Part shown: piece after piece, positions 52,370 to 64,000 of the stretch
Layout: every line of letters begins with the position of its first letter
Numbering within the stretch: the first letter of the stretch is position 1
DNA from: an uncultured delta proteobacterium
GTDB taxonomy: Bacteria; Myxococcota_A; Polyangia; Polyangiales; B10-G4
Length of the DNA stretch: 64,000 nt
NCBI GenBank assembly: GCA_963727445.1
Contig: CAVSGI010000010.1
Coordinates: forward strand, 544,001 to 608,000
Reading direction: 5' to 3'
The notes under the pieces: model-generated
Told to the model about the DNA's origin: nothing
The model's input: the letters and a program-made list of their open reading frames with translations, nothing else
Database searches by the model: none
Program-made: the position numbers and the translations under genes

Positions 52370-54583
52370 ATGCGCCTCTTCGCTCTCGTCTTGTCCTGTC
52401 TCGCTCTGCTCGGTTGTGGCGACGACGGCCCCACCGACGCTGGCCCTCTCGATGCCGGCGCCGACGCCGACACTGGCGCCGCCGACACGGGGCGCGTCTA
52501 CGTTCCCGAGCCTTTCGACCCCACCGACGAGACCATCGCCTACTGCCGAGAGGATGACGCCGCGGTCGAGGCGCGGATCACCCAGCTCCTCGCCGAGCTC
52601 GGCGTCGACGACAAGGTGCGGCTGCTCCACGGCACCACGCTCTTGCCGGACAACGGGCTCTGGAACGTGGAGGGCAAGGAGGCGCTGGGCATCCCGGGAC
52701 TGCACATGCTCGACGGACCGCGAGGGCTCAGCGCCTTTTCGGAGAAGATGGGCACGGCGTTTCCGGTCGCCATGCTGCGCGGCGCGACCTGGGACCCGGA
52801 GCTCGAGCGACGGGTGGGGGCGGCCATGGCGCGGGAGCTCCGCTCGGCGGGCGCCGACGTTCTACTGGCGCCGACCGTGAACATCCTGCGCCATCCCCGG
52901 TGGGGACGATCGCAAGAGACCTACTCCGAAGACGTGCATCACCTGGGCGCGATGGCGGTGCCCTTCATCGAAGGCGTGCAGGACGAAGGGGTGCTCGCGA
53001 GCGTGAAGCACTTCGCCGCCAACAGCATCGAGAATACGCGGAACGACGTGAACGTCGTCATGGACGAGCGCACGCTGCGCGAGATCTACCTCCCGCACTT
53101 CCGCCGCGCCGTTCGGGAAGCGCACGTCGCATCGGTGATGAGCGCCTACAACCAGGTGAACGGTTTCTACTGCGATCAGCAGACGCATCTGCTCTCGGAC
53201 ATCCTGAAGGGCGAGTGGGGATTCGCTGGTTTCGTGGAGTCCGACTGGCTCCTCGGCACCCACGGCTCGGCGGACTCCATTCTCTCGGGCCTCGACGTGG
53301 AGATGCCCTACGCGCTCCACTTCGGGCAACTCCCCGCCGACATCGACGCCGGCGCCATGAGCGAGGCCGATCTCGACGGCGCGGTGCGCCGGGTGCTGCG
53401 CGCGGAGCTCTGCTTCGGGCTCGACGCCCGGGAGCGTGTGATCGACGACCCATCCGCGCGGGAGACACCCGAGCATCTCGCGCTCGCCCGCGAGGTGGCC
53501 GTGCGGGGGATCGTGCTCTTGAAGAACGAGGCCGCCGAGGGAGCGCCCGCCGGAGCAGCCCCGGTGCTGCCCATCGATTGGGCGACGACCGGGAACGTGG
53601 TCCTGATGGGGCGCGTCGCCGACGTCGAGAACATCGGCGACACCGGCTCGAGCAGCGTGACCCCGACGAGCGTGACGACGCTCCTCGAAGGTCTGAACGC
53701 GGCCGCAGAGGGCGTGACCATCACGGCCCTGCCGGGCTCGTCGCTGGACGCCGCAGCCGAGGCGACGATCGGCGCGGCCGACGTGGTCGTGATCGCCACC
53801 GGGCTCGTCGCCGAGGACGAAGGCGAAGCGAACGTGGGCGCGGGCGATCGCACGTCGCTCGCGATCCCCGCGGAAGAGTCGGCGTTGATCACGGCGGTGA
53901 GCGCCATTCACCCGGCGGTGGTGGTGGTGCTCGAAGGGGGCTCGGCGCTCTTGGTTCGCGATTTCGTGGACGACGTCGAAGGGCTCCTCTGGGCGGGCTA
54001 CCCCGGCCAGCAGGGCGGCGACGCGCTCGCCGCGATCCTCTTCGGCGACGAGGCTCCCTCGGGCCGGCTTCCTTTCAGCATCCCGCGCGCGGAAGCGGAC
54101 CTGCCGCCTTTCGACAACGTGTCGACCGAGGTCAGCTACGGCTACTTCCACGGCTATCGGTACCTCGCCCACGAAGGCGTGGCGGCGGAGTTCCCCTTCG
54201 GCTTCGGGCTCGGATACACGGACTTCGCGTTGTCGGATCTGTCGCTCGCCGCCGACGTGGTGGCCGCCGACGGGACGGTCGAGCTGACGGTGCGGGTGTC
54301 GAACGTGGGAGCGGCCCGGGGGCGCGAAACGGTACAGGTCTACGTCGCCGCGATCGGCTCGGCCGTCGAGCGGGCGCCGGAGGACTTGCGGGCGTTCGCG
54401 CAGGTGGAGCTGGCCGCGGGCGCGGACGAAGTGGTGACGCTGTCGTTTCCCGTCAGGGACGTGGCGTACTGGGACGTCGACGCGGATGCGTTCGTGGTCG
54501 AGCCGATCGAATACGAAGTGCGGGTCGGGGAGCGAAGCGGAGACCCCGCCGCGCTGACGGCTCGCTTCAGCGTGACGCCTTAG
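52370..54583 (+). CDS. GH3 beta-glucosidase-like lipoprotein
   Basis: Lipobox LLGC; DGPRG, WGRSQETYSED, KHFAAN, MSAYN, ESDW, FPFGFGL.YT; Fn3-like C-terminus. Confidence 0.93.
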   Translation: MRLFALVLSCLALLGCGDDGPTDAGPLDAGADADTGAADTGRVYVPEPFDPTDETIAYCREDDAAVEARITQLLAELGVDDKVRLLHGTTLLPDNGLWNVEGKEALGIPGLHMLDGPRGLSAFSEKMGTAFPVAMLRGATWDPELERRVGAAMARELRSAGADVLLAPTVNILRHPRWGRSQETYSEDVHHLGAMAVPFIEGVQDEGVLASVKHFAANSIENTRNDVNVVMDERTLREIYLPHFRRAVREAHVASVMSAYNQVNGFYCDQQTHLLSDILKGEWGFAGFVESDWLLGTHGSADSILSGLDVEMPYALHFGQLPADIDAGAMSEADLDGAVRRVLRAELCFGLDARERVIDDPSARETPEHLALAREVAVRGIVLLKNEAAEGAPAGAAPVLPIDWATTGNVVLMGRVADVENIGDTGSSSVTPTSVTTLLEGLNAAAEGVTITALPGSSLDAAAEATIGAADVVVIATGLVAEDEGEANVGAGDRTSLAIPAEESALITAVSAIHPAVVVVLEGGSALLVRDFVDDVEGLLWAGYPGQQGGDALAAILFGDEAPSGRLPFSIPRAEADLPPFDNVSTEVSYGYFHGYRYLAHEGVAAEFPFGFGLGYTDFALSDLSLAADVVAADGTVELTVRVSNVGAARGRETVQVYVAAIGSAVERAPEDLRAFAQVELAAGADEVVTLSFPVRDVAYWDVDADAFVVEPIEYEVRVGERSGDPAALTARFSVTP

Positions 54584-55116
54584 GCGTCTCCGTCCGTATG
54601 GGTCGCGGCCCAGTACGAGATCAGCTCCATGTCGTCGATGATCCGCGAGTGGTAGTGGCCCCACACGTCGCTGATCATGACCATGGCGCCCTCGTCCATG
54701 CGCGGGGTGAGCCACAGCGCGTAGTAGCTGGCGCCGCTTCCGTCCTCGACTTCGCCGACCTTGGGCAGCGGCTCCTCGCTCACGGGGCAGAAGAGCTCGC
54801 AGTGGGTGCCGGGGGCGATGTTGGTGAAGCCCTTCTTCCGCGGGTCGCCGTGGATCGGGCTCAGATGCACCAGGCCCTCGCGGCCGTCCGCTTTGACCTT
54901 CAGGGTCACCGCCGGGTAACCGTCGAAGTCCACGTCCGAGACGCCGACCAGGTTGTCGCCCTTCGGGCCGAAGGCCTGAGTGACGACGATGATCGTCTCG
55001 TCCTTCGGTCCCTTGAGTACCTCGATGTTCGACTGGCGGCCCTCGTGCTTGCCGGTGACCGTCAGGTTGTCGGAATCGATGTTCTCCAGGCTCTTACGAT
55101 CGTCCTCGTCCGCCAT
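54580..55116 (-). CDS. Hypothetical protein
   Basis: GC3-rich ORF from MADEDD; HLSP.HGD and C-x3-CP motifs. Confidence 0.65.
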   Translation of the reverse strand: MADEDDRKSLENIDSDNLTVTGKHEGRQSNIEVLKGPKDETIIVVTQAFGPKGDNLVGVSDVDFDGYPAVTLKVKADGREGLVHLSPIHGDPRKKGFTNIAPGTHCELFCPVSEEPLPKVGEVEDGSGASYYALWLTPRMDEGAMVMISDVWGHYHSRIIDDMELISYWAATHTDGDA

Positions 55117-55236
55117 CGGCCTGCATCGTGCCCCACCCTGGGCCGATGTCCAAGAGCTGCACACCAAGGAAGCACGGAAGGGCCTTTTCAGGTCGCCGGA
55201 TGACCCCATCTTCCGGGACGGCTCGGGTCTCGTTGA

Positions 55237-56804
<1,568 letters not shown>

Positions 56805-56805
<1 letters not shown>

Positions 56806-57224
56806 TGGCCGACGACCTCGCCCTCGAGGTCGCCACGCCCACCGGGGTGGCCTACGAGCTGATGTGCGAATGGGTCACCGCACCTTCGGTGCGTGGCGAG
56901 TTCGGCGTCCTCTCGGGCCACCTCCCCCTCCTCGCTGCCCTCAAGTGCGGCGTGCTCAAGGCGAGGACCGGGGGCAAAGAGCGCTCGGTCGCCATCGGCC
57001 CAGGCTTCGTCAGCGCCTCGCCCACCAAAGTCGAGATCCTCTCGGACCTCTTCGCCCGCCCCGAAGACATCGACGTCGAGGTCGTGAAGAAGGAGCTCGC
57101 AGACGCCGAAGAAGCGCTCAAGGCGAGCGCCAGCGCTCCGGACTCTCCCGAGTACCACGAGCTCCAGCGCGACGTGGAGTGGGCGATCGCCCGTCTCGAC
57201 GCGGTCGCGGAGTCCGAGAAGTAG
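56805..57224 (+). CDS. atpC: F0F1 ATP synthase subunit epsilon
   Basis: LEVATP, GEFGVL.GH.P, GF; TGATG coupling to atpD. Confidence 0.93.
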
Positions 57225-57338
57225 CCGGCGTCCCGACGCAATCGACCTCCGCTCCGTCTGCACCGGCGTGCTTACGTAGAAGGCTCGACACCGCCCCGGG
57301 ATGTTTCTTCCCCCGGATGGAGGCGCTAGCCTCGCTTC

Positions 57339-57734
57339 GTGAGCGCCATCGCTTCAGCATCGAGCCTTTCGGGAACCGTACGCTGGTTGACCGAGGACAT
57401 GCTCCTGGTGCGCTTCGAGGGACACGTCACGGGCTCACAGGTGTCCTCCCTGGCGGAGCGTGTCCGTCAGGTCGTGGATGATCGGCACCCACATCGCTGT
57501 TTGATCGACACCACGACGGTCAGCGGTTTCTCGCCGGATGTACGGTCCCCGGGGCGCGACTTCCTGAATCTCCTGCGCGAGCTCGGCGTGAAGCACACCG
57601 TCGCCGCGGTCCCCAACCCCATGGTGCGAATGATGGGATCGGCGATCGCCCTCGGGGTGGGCTTCCCCTTGAAACTGGTCAATTCGGTCGCCGAAGCGAC
57701 GCGCATCCTCGAGCGCCTGGCCGAGGACACGTGA
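57339..57734 (+). CDS. STAS/SEC14 (SpoIIAA-like) domain protein
   Basis: VRFEG.V, LID...V.GFSP.VR, NP.VRM pattern. Confidence 0.6.
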   Translation: MSAIASASSLSGTVRWLTEDMLLVRFEGHVTGSQVSSLAERVRQVVDDRHPHRCLIDTTTVSGFSPDVRSPGRDFLNLLRELGVKHTVAAVPNPMVRMMGSAIALGVGFPLKLVNSVAEATRILERLAEDT

Positions 57735-57749
57735 GCCCGCGGTCTGCGC

Positions 57750-60700
57750 CTACTCGCAGCGCGTGCGGCTGTGGCACATGAGGCAGCTCGTGCGCGGCGT
57801 CATCACGCGGCAGTTGTGCACGAAGCGCCAGTTCGAGCTGTAAGTGCTGCCCGTCGTGCCGGTGGAGACTCCCGAAGGGGCGGTGTGGCACTCGTGACAG
57901 TCCAACGGGTAGAAGTGATTGGGCTGGGTTTCGGTGCTGGAGTCGCCGTGGAAGCTCGCCCGAACCGACGACAAGGTGTAGGGCCGAGTGTCGCCAGCGC
58001 CGCCCGAGGTGGAGGTCGCGCCGTTCCACACCGGGCTCACCAGGTCGCTCCCGGCCTCGTGGCAGGAAGAGCAGTTGGTGTTGATGAGGGTGGAGGCATG
58101 GTCGTAACCGATCGCCATCCGCCCGCCGCCGCTCGAGCCGTGGCAGGTCTCGCAGGAGGTGGTGCCGCCCGGATGCGGTAGGCCCACGATGCCGAGCTGC
58201 GTGGTGGGGCTCGGTGCGGGTGGCGTGGGGATGGAGAAGCCGCCCACGGAGATGGTCGCGGGCGCGCCGCCCATGGCGCCGAGCCAGTTCGGCGAGGTCG
58301 TCGTGCCGCTGCCGGGGAAGGAGTGGCAGGAGCTGCAGTCCGTCGTCCCGATGGTGGTGTGGTCGAAGCCGCTGAAGGCGGCGGTCGGCGTCTCGTTCGC
58401 GTGACAATGGCTACAGCGCCCCGTCGTGGTGTTGATCACCAGCGGCGAAGACGTCGTGAAGCGCGCGTGGAAGGTCGCCTCGGCCCACTCCCGGCCGGAG
58501 CCGGGGCCGACCTGGGTGTGGCAGAAGTTGCAATCGTGGTTCGTGACGTTGATGTCCGAGTGATCGATGCGGGCGTGCTGACCGGAGACGCCGGTCGAAG
58601 AGGAAGCCGTGGTCACCACCGACGTGGTCGTGGCCCCAGTCGGCATGTTGTTGCCCGTGCCGGGCATCGACCCGTTGCCGTTGGTCAGGCCGTGACAGCC
58701 CTGGCAGCTCGTCACCGACGAGACCGCTGCGTGGAACGCAGTGGTGTCGCTCCATCCGGTCGGCGAGGTTCGGGCGTCGGACGCGTGGCACGCCGCGCAA
58801 TCGCGCCCGGTCACGTAGGTCGAACGATGCGTCATGTACTGACCACCGTTGGTGGCGGTTCCGCCCTCGGCGAGGCTGTAGGAGACGCCGCTCTGCGTCG
58901 TCCCCGATGGCTCGGAGATCGCGTGGCAGTCGACGCACACGGTGGGCTGCGACGACAGGCTCGGATGGTACGCGCCGTCGTCCCACGAGGCCCAGGCCGG
59001 CATGCTCACCGCGCGCCCCAGCGCCGTGGTGTGACAGGTCCCGCAGTTCTGGAAGGTGATCTGGGGCGAGCGATGCTTCATCGCGAAGACGTCGCCCGAG
59101 GTGACGTCGGCGCGCGCCGGGTCCGCCATCGCCGGGTAGTGACAGGTGGTGCAGTCGTCGGGCTGAGCGGAGCCGATGTTGACGTGGAACACGCCGTCAT
59201 CCCAGCTCATCCCGGGCTGGGCGTGGCAGGTGGAGCAGTCGAGGTCGGCGACGGTGTTCGCCGCCACTCCGTCGATGGTCACCGTCGACGTGAAGGCGGC
59301 CGCGTGATCCATCGGGCGGAGGTCCGACCCGGCCCGCTCGACGATCCCCACCGGCCGCATCTGCCAATGGCAATCGTTGCACTTCGCCGGCTGGCTTATC
59401 GCCATCGTCGCCCCACCCGGAGTAGCGGAATAGGCGTTGAGCGCAGTATGGAACTCGCCGTCCACGTAGGAGGTGACCGTCGTCCCGGTGCTCGTGTGGC
59501 AGTGCCAGCACGAGTCGCTGTCGGGCATGGTGGTCGACGTTCCCGGGCTGATCTCGCTCGGCACCACGGACGAGGTGTGGAGCATGCCGTTGTAATAGGC
59601 GGTCCGGGCGGTGGTCATGCTGGTGACCAGCCCGGAGCTGCTCGAGCGGTGCAGGGTGATCTCGTCGACCGTGATGTGAACGCTGGTCGAGCTGACGAAG
59701 GCGCCTGGATACTCGGTGCCGTCTTTCCAGTCGCCGCCGGGGAGCGCCCCCGACGCGTTGAAGTAGCTGCTGTAGGTTCGGGCCATCACCGAGGCCTGGT
59801 GACAGCCGAAGCAGTCGCCGGTGCCGTTGACCGAGTGATCGAAGTTGTTGGGGAGGACCGCCGCCGCTTCGGCTACGCCGAGCACGAGATCGGGACGCTG
59901 GCTGGCGTGGCAGGAGACGCAGCGCGTCCCGGCGATCCCGGCGGGGTCGTGGTCGAAACGGCCGCCAACCCAGGTCTCGGTGCCGCCCGTGCCGTCGCCG
60001 GTGTGACAGCCGATGCAGTCCTGACCGGCGCCGTGGGTGATGCCGTAGCTGTTCGTTCCGTAGTCGAAGGGAGCGGTGGTGTAGGTGGTGCTCTCCCATC
60101 CGTCGTCGCTGGTGGGTCGCTCACCGTCGTGGCAGGTGATGCAGGAGTCCGGCGCCACATCCCCCGGCTGATGGTAGAGCCCGCCGCCCCAGCTGGTCGT
60201 GCTGGTGTGGCAGGAGACGCAGTCGCTCATCCCCTCGCCGGCGGCGTGATCGAACTCGAGCCCGTCGGGGAGCATCGAGTCGGCGGAGCTGATGATGTGG
60301 TCGGGCCGGGAGTTGGCGTGACAGTCGACGCACGAGGTCAGCGGGGCCGCGCCCGACGCTTCGAGGGCGGCGTGGTACTTCACCGGCGATGCGCCGTCGA
60401 CACCGGTGGCCCAGGTCGCGTCGGGCGTGTCGCTCCCGGGAGCGGCGTGGCAGGTCCCGCACTCCTGGGTGACCATCGCTTGCGTCGTCGGTGCGTCGTC
60501 CGCCCAGAGCACCGCATCGTGCTTCATCGCACCCGTTGCTGGGACGCGCCCCTCGTCGAGCGGCCCGACGAAACCGACCGGCAGCGAGGCGGGCGTGTGG
60601 CATTCGCTGCACGTGGCCGGCTGAGGGAGGTCGAGGTCGACGAGGGAGATGTGAAAGCGCCCCGGGAAGATCGATCCCGTGGCGGAGTGACAGTTGGAGC

Positions 60701-61106
60701 AGGACTCCATCGCGCGCGGATCGATGCTCTCCGCCGCGTGCACCATCGGCATGGTGAGGAGCTCGCTCTGAGGCGTCACCGCGGAGATCGTCGTCGCCGA
60801 ATAGCGCGGGATCAGCGCGTCGATGGTGATGTCGTGGGCGGGATCGCTCTCGTCCCCCGCGCCGCCGCCGAGCGCTGGCACCCAGGCCGCGACCGAATGA
60901 CAGTCGGCGCAGGTGGTCGGGTACAGACCTTCGTGGCGCGGGTTGTCGGTGGCGTCGTAGTCCGCCTGGTGACAGACGACGCAATCCTGCTGGGTCACCC
61001 CGACCACATCGGGGTGCCCCTCCTGACATCCGGCGGCGATCCACGCGACGAAGCCGAGGGCCAGCCAGGAAAGGAGACGCGTCCGATCAGTACCACCCGC
61101 GTACAC
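57750..61106 (-). CDS. Multiheme c-type cytochrome lipoprotein (26 CxxCH)
   Basis: 26 CxxCH motifs counted; lipobox IAAGC; likely start GTG 61106 (ORF extends to 61181). Confidence 0.92.
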   Translation of the reverse strand: MYAGGTDRTRLLSWLALGFVAWIAAGCQEGHPDVVGVTQQDCVVCHQADYDATDNPRHEGLYPTTCADCHSVAAWVPALGGGAGDESDPAHDITIDALIPRYSATTISAVTPQSELLTMPMVHAAESIDPRAMESCSNCHSATGSIFPGRFHISLVDLDLPQPATCSECHTPASLPVGFVGPLDEGRVPATGAMKHDAVLWADDAPTTQAMVTQECGTCHAAPGSDTPDATWATGVDGASPVKYHAALEASGAAPLTSCVDCHANSRPDHIISSADSMLPDGLEFDHAAGEGMSDCVSCHTSTTSWGGGLYHQPGDVAPDSCITCHDGERPTSDDGWESTTYTTAPFDYGTNSYGITHGAGQDCIGCHTGDGTGGTETWVGGRFDHDPAGIAGTRCVSCHASQRPDLVLGVAEAAAVLPNNFDHSVNGTGDCFGCHQASVMARTYSSYFNASGALPGGDWKDGTEYPGAFVSSTSVHITVDEITLHRSSSSGLVTSMTTARTAYYNGMLHTSSVVPSEISPGTSTTMPDSDSCWHCHTSTGTTVTSYVDGEFHTALNAYSATPGGATMAISQPAKCNDCHWQMRPVGIVERAGSDLRPMDHAAAFTSTVTIDGVAANTVADLDCSTCHAQPGMSWDDGVFHVNIGSAQPDDCTTCHYPAMADPARADVTSGDVFAMKHRSPQITFQNCGTCHTTALGRAVSMPAWASWDDGAYHPSLSSQPTVCVDCHAISEPSGTTQSGVSYSLAEGGTATNGGQYMTHRSTYVTGRDCAACHASDARTSPTGWSDTTAFHAAVSSVTSCQGCHGLTNGNGSMPGTGNNMPTGATTTSVVTTASSSTGVSGQHARIDHSDINVTNHDCNFCHTQVGPGSGREWAEATFHARFTTSSPLVINTTTGRCSHCHANETPTAAFSGFDHTTIGTTDCSSCHSFPGSGTTTSPNWLGAMGGAPATISVGGFSIPTPPAPSPTTQLGIVGLPHPGGTTSCETCHGSSGGGRMAIGYDHASTLINTNCSSCHEAGSDLVSPVWNGATSTSGGAGDTRPYTLSSVRASFHGDSSTETQPNHFYPLDCHECHTAPSGVSTGTTGSTYSSNWRFVHNCRVMTPRTSCLMCHSRTRCE

Positions 61107-61282
61107 CGCGACGAAGGCGCACGGACCCCTCGGGAGACACTGCCCGGGTTTTGCGAATGATCTCTGCCAGCGGTGATGCATCGAGGTGGGCGAAGAAGAC
61201 CCCTCGGGAGATGATGCGAAAATCGCACCTGGGAGCGCACGCCAATTGTGCTCCGACCCTCGCCCCTCGAAATCGCCGCCCC

Positions 61283-63382
61283 TCAGCGCACGCCGCTTTC
61301 GAGCGTCTCCAGGGCCGCCAGATCCGCCTGGGCGTCGGCCTTTTCCACTCCCTCCGGCAGGAGCAAGACCGCCCTACCCGCCGCCACCCGAATGTGGGCG
61401 GCGTCGATGGCGCCATGGGCGATCCCCAGCATGTGCATGTGTTCGAGCGTGCGTTTGACCTGCACGAGCGCCTTGGCGCGTCGCTCGGGAGTGAGCTCCG
61501 GATCATCGAAAGGTCGCCCGCGCGGTTCCTCGACGATGGCGCGCCCCTCGTCGCGGTCGACGTCGAAGACGGCTTGGAGATGGGGAAAGTCGGCGCGGCC
61601 CAGCGCGGTGAGCCGATCCGCGCGTGCCTCGTCGCACGGAACGAAGCGCACCACGCGATCGAGGAGCGAGTCGCGCACGCGCGCCCCACCATCGGGAAGG
61701 GGATCGAGCACCACCCAGCGCTCGTCCGCGGGCGGCGGGGTACTCTCCGTCGGGCGACGCTCCACCTCCGACGCGGCCTCCGGCCCCTTCGCGATCTCGA
61801 GCGCGCTCCGGTCGGGCTCCTCCCAGGACAGCGAGGCGATCGCCGACTTCACGGCGGCCGCGGTCCGCGGGCGCGACTCCTTCTCCTTGGCGAGGAGCCG
61901 CGCGACGAGGGCGTCGTAGGCCGTCCCGAGCTCCGGGGCCACTTCGCTCGGCGCGGGCGGCGTCGTGTTCAGGTGCTGGGTGACGAAGTCGGGGCCAGGA
62001 AACGGCAGGGTGCCGGTCAGCATGCGGTGCAGGATCACCCCCAGCGCATAGAGGTCCGTGGAGGCGTCCGGGCGCGCCGAGCCGGTGATCTGCTCCGGCG
62101 ACATGTAAGCGAGGGTTCCGAGGAGCGCACCGGTCAGGGTCGAGCCGAGGTCGGTGAGGTGCGCCACGCCGAAGTCGCCGATCTTCACGTCGCCCGCCGC
62201 GCTGAAGAAGACGTTGGCCGGTTTCAGATCGCGGTGAACGACGCCACGTCGATGAACCGCCTCGAGACCGGAGAGGATCGAGGTGACGACGTAGCGGATC
62301 GCGGGCAGGTCGAGGACACGTTTCTCGGCGCCCGCGAGGCGCTCCTCGAGGGTCCCGCCAGCCATGTGTTCCATGACCAGGAAGGGGCCCTCCGGGTTGA
62401 ACTCGTAGACCTGGACGACGTTCGGATGATCGAGCCCCGCCGCCACCCTCGCCTCCCGCGCGAAACGGGCGTAGGCATCGCGGCCCGCCGCACCGCCGCC
62501 CACGGTGAGCACCTTCACCGCGACCTCGCGATCGTAGAAGCCGTCGTGCGCCAGAAGGACGCGGCCCGTTGCGCCGGCGCCGAGGGTGCGGATGATGCGG
62601 TAGCGTCCCGCGAGGAGCCGCTCCTCACCGCCGCCCTTCTTGAGACCGGCGATGCCGCGTTCGTCCCCGAATTGCTCGAGGAGATACTGGGGCACCGTGA
62701 CCGGCAACGTCGGGTCGTGCTTGCGGAGCGCGTCCAGCCGGCTGCCCGCTGCGTCGTCGAGACCCAGCGCCGCGAAGCAGGCGACCAGGAGTCGGTTCGC
62801 CGCCCCGCAGAGCGCGTCGTCCTCGGCCGCCGTCTGGAGCGCCCGCACCGCGTGCTCGAAGCGTCCGAAGTGCGCCAGAATGCGTCCGAGGCGGAGCGCC
62901 GCCTCCGTGTCGTGCGGCGCCTCGCGCACGCGGCGCTCGTAGAGAAGCCCCGCATCCCGGTAGCTCCCGTTCGCTTCGTGACATCGGGCAGCTTCGAAGA
63001 GATCGCCCGCCTGCTCGTAGAGCGCGGCGGCCGCGGAGATGTCGGCGGCCGACTCCATGAGACGCGCTGCATCGGCGAGGCGTCCTTTGTTCCGTGCGTG
63101 CTCGGCGGCGAGTCGCGCCTGCTCGGGGCGGTCGGCGAGCGCGCTCAGGAGCTCTTCGATCTGCCCGCGCTCCTCGCCGGCGAGGGCGTAGCGATAGGCG
63201 ATGTCGAGGCGACCGGCGCGGGTGGCGACGTCGATCGCGCCACGATAATCCCAGCTCTCGGCCAGTAGCTCGGCTGCACGCTCGAGCTCGCCGTGGTTCA
63301 CGCAGAGATCGGCCGCCTCTCGATAGTTGCCCGCACGCCGGAGCTCCGCGAGCTTCTGCTCGGCCTCCTCGTCGAGAGCCAT
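61283..63382 (-). CDS. Ser/Thr kinase with N-terminal TPR-like repeats
   Basis: LGAGATG, AVKVL, HRDLKPAN, DFG, YMSPE; degenerate kinase-like C-terminal tail (IAHGAI). Confidence 0.92.
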   Translation of the reverse strand: MALDEEAEQKLAELRRAGNYREAADLCVNHGELERAAELLAESWDYRGAIDVATRAGRLDIAYRYALAGEERGQIEELLSALADRPEQARLAAEHARNKGRLADAARLMESAADISAAAALYEQAGDLFEAARCHEANGSYRDAGLLYERRVREAPHDTEAALRLGRILAHFGRFEHAVRALQTAAEDDALCGAANRLLVACFAALGLDDAAGSRLDALRKHDPTLPVTVPQYLLEQFGDERGIAGLKKGGGEERLLAGRYRIIRTLGAGATGRVLLAHDGFYDREVAVKVLTVGGGAAGRDAYARFAREARVAAGLDHPNVVQVYEFNPEGPFLVMEHMAGGTLEERLAGAEKRVLDLPAIRYVVTSILSGLEAVHRRGVVHRDLKPANVFFSAAGDVKIGDFGVAHLTDLGSTLTGALLGTLAYMSPEQITGSARPDASTDLYALGVILHRMLTGTLPFPGPDFVTQHLNTTPPAPSEVAPELGTAYDALVARLLAKEKESRPRTAAAVKSAIASLSWEEPDRSALEIAKGPEAASEVERRPTESTPPPADERWVVLDPLPDGGARVRDSLLDRVVRFVPCDEARADRLTALGRADFPHLQAVFDVDRDEGRAIVEEPRGRPFDDPELTPERRAKALVQVKRTLEHMHMLGIAHGAIDAAHIRVAAGRAVLLLPEGVEKADAQADLAALETLESGVR

Positions 63383-63387
63383 CGGCG

Positions 63388-63999
63388 TCAGCTTCCTTCG
63401 GTGAGCGCGGCCATCGCCTCGGCTGCGGCCGCCTGCTCGGCCTCCGTCTTGGAGCGACCTTCGCCACGCCCCAAGACGCGCTCACCCACCAGGATCTCGA
63501 CGGTGAAGGCCCGCTGGTGGTCGGGCCCCTCGACGGCGACCACGCGATACGCGGGGGTGGGCTCACCGCGGCCCTGCACGATCTCCTGCACGCGCGACTT
63601 GAAGTCGCTCGCCCCGGGCCGGCGGTCGTCGAGGCGCGGGCGCATGAGGCGTCCCGCCACCGCCACCGCGGCGTCGAGGCCGCCGTCGACGTAGACCGCC
63701 GCGAGACACGCTTCGACCGCGCTCGACAGGAGCCGCGGCTTTTGTCGACCGCCGGATCGCTCCTCGCCCCGGCCCAGGCGGAGCGCTTCGCCGAGCGCGA
63801 GCTCCTCCGCGATGGCCATCAGGCCCGCCTCGCACACGAGGTCGGCGCGCCGCCGGGTGAGCTCGCCTTCCGGTGCGTCGGGGAAGCGCTCGTAGAGGAG
63901 GGTCGAGGTGACGAGACCCAGGAGCGCATCGCCGAGGAATTCGAGGCGCTCGTTGTCTCGCGGGGCGAGGCGGGGGCGCTCGTTGGCCAGCGACTTGTG
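63388..63999 (-). CDS. rnc: Ribonuclease III (5' end outside window)
   Basis: NERLEFLGDA signature near 63925-63954; C-terminal dsRBD (DFKS.VQE, GPDH...F, SK.EAEQ.AA). Confidence 0.96.
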   Translation of the reverse strand, partial: HKSLANERPRLAPRDNERLEFLGDALLGLVTSTLLYERFPDAPEGELTRRRADLVCEAGLMAIAEELALGEALRLGRGEERSGGRQKPRLLSSAVEACLAAVYVDGGLDAAVAVAGRLMRPRLDDRRPGASDFKSRVQEIVQGRGEPTPAYRVVAVEGPDHQRAFTVEILVGERVLGRGEGRSKTEAEQAAAAEAMAALTEGS

Positions 64000-64000
64000 C

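Overview
High-GC window from a myxobacterium-like organism (Myxococcota/Polyangia; inferred from four intact Ser/Thr kinases plus a pseudokinase, Cys-rich lipoproteins, a MYXO-CTERM-like tail and PilZ proteins). It holds about 53 genes, including atpD-atpC, a partial rnc, a eukaryote-type SAM decarboxylase, two L,D-transpeptidases and three LysR regulators. Mobile and repeat content: an IS630 element at the end of a 5 x 107-bp REP-like array, and an ISCR/IS91-type rolling-circle transposase. Most notable: (i) a receptor Ser/Thr kinase whose extracytoplasmic Cys-containing helical domain is paralogous to the domain of the overlapping downstream lipoprotein, which carries it on a ~90-residue Thr-Gly tether; (ii) a stand-alone 26-heme lipoprotein cytochrome c; (iii) an operon joining a tandem (degenerate + intact) BrxD-like ATPase, a BpsA-like aminopropyltransferase and a SAM methyltransferase, with no other BREX genes. 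Four genes carry +1 homopolymer frameshifts that look like sequencing errors. No rRNA, tRNA or CRISPR was recognised. All family calls come from motifs read by eye, not from database searches.
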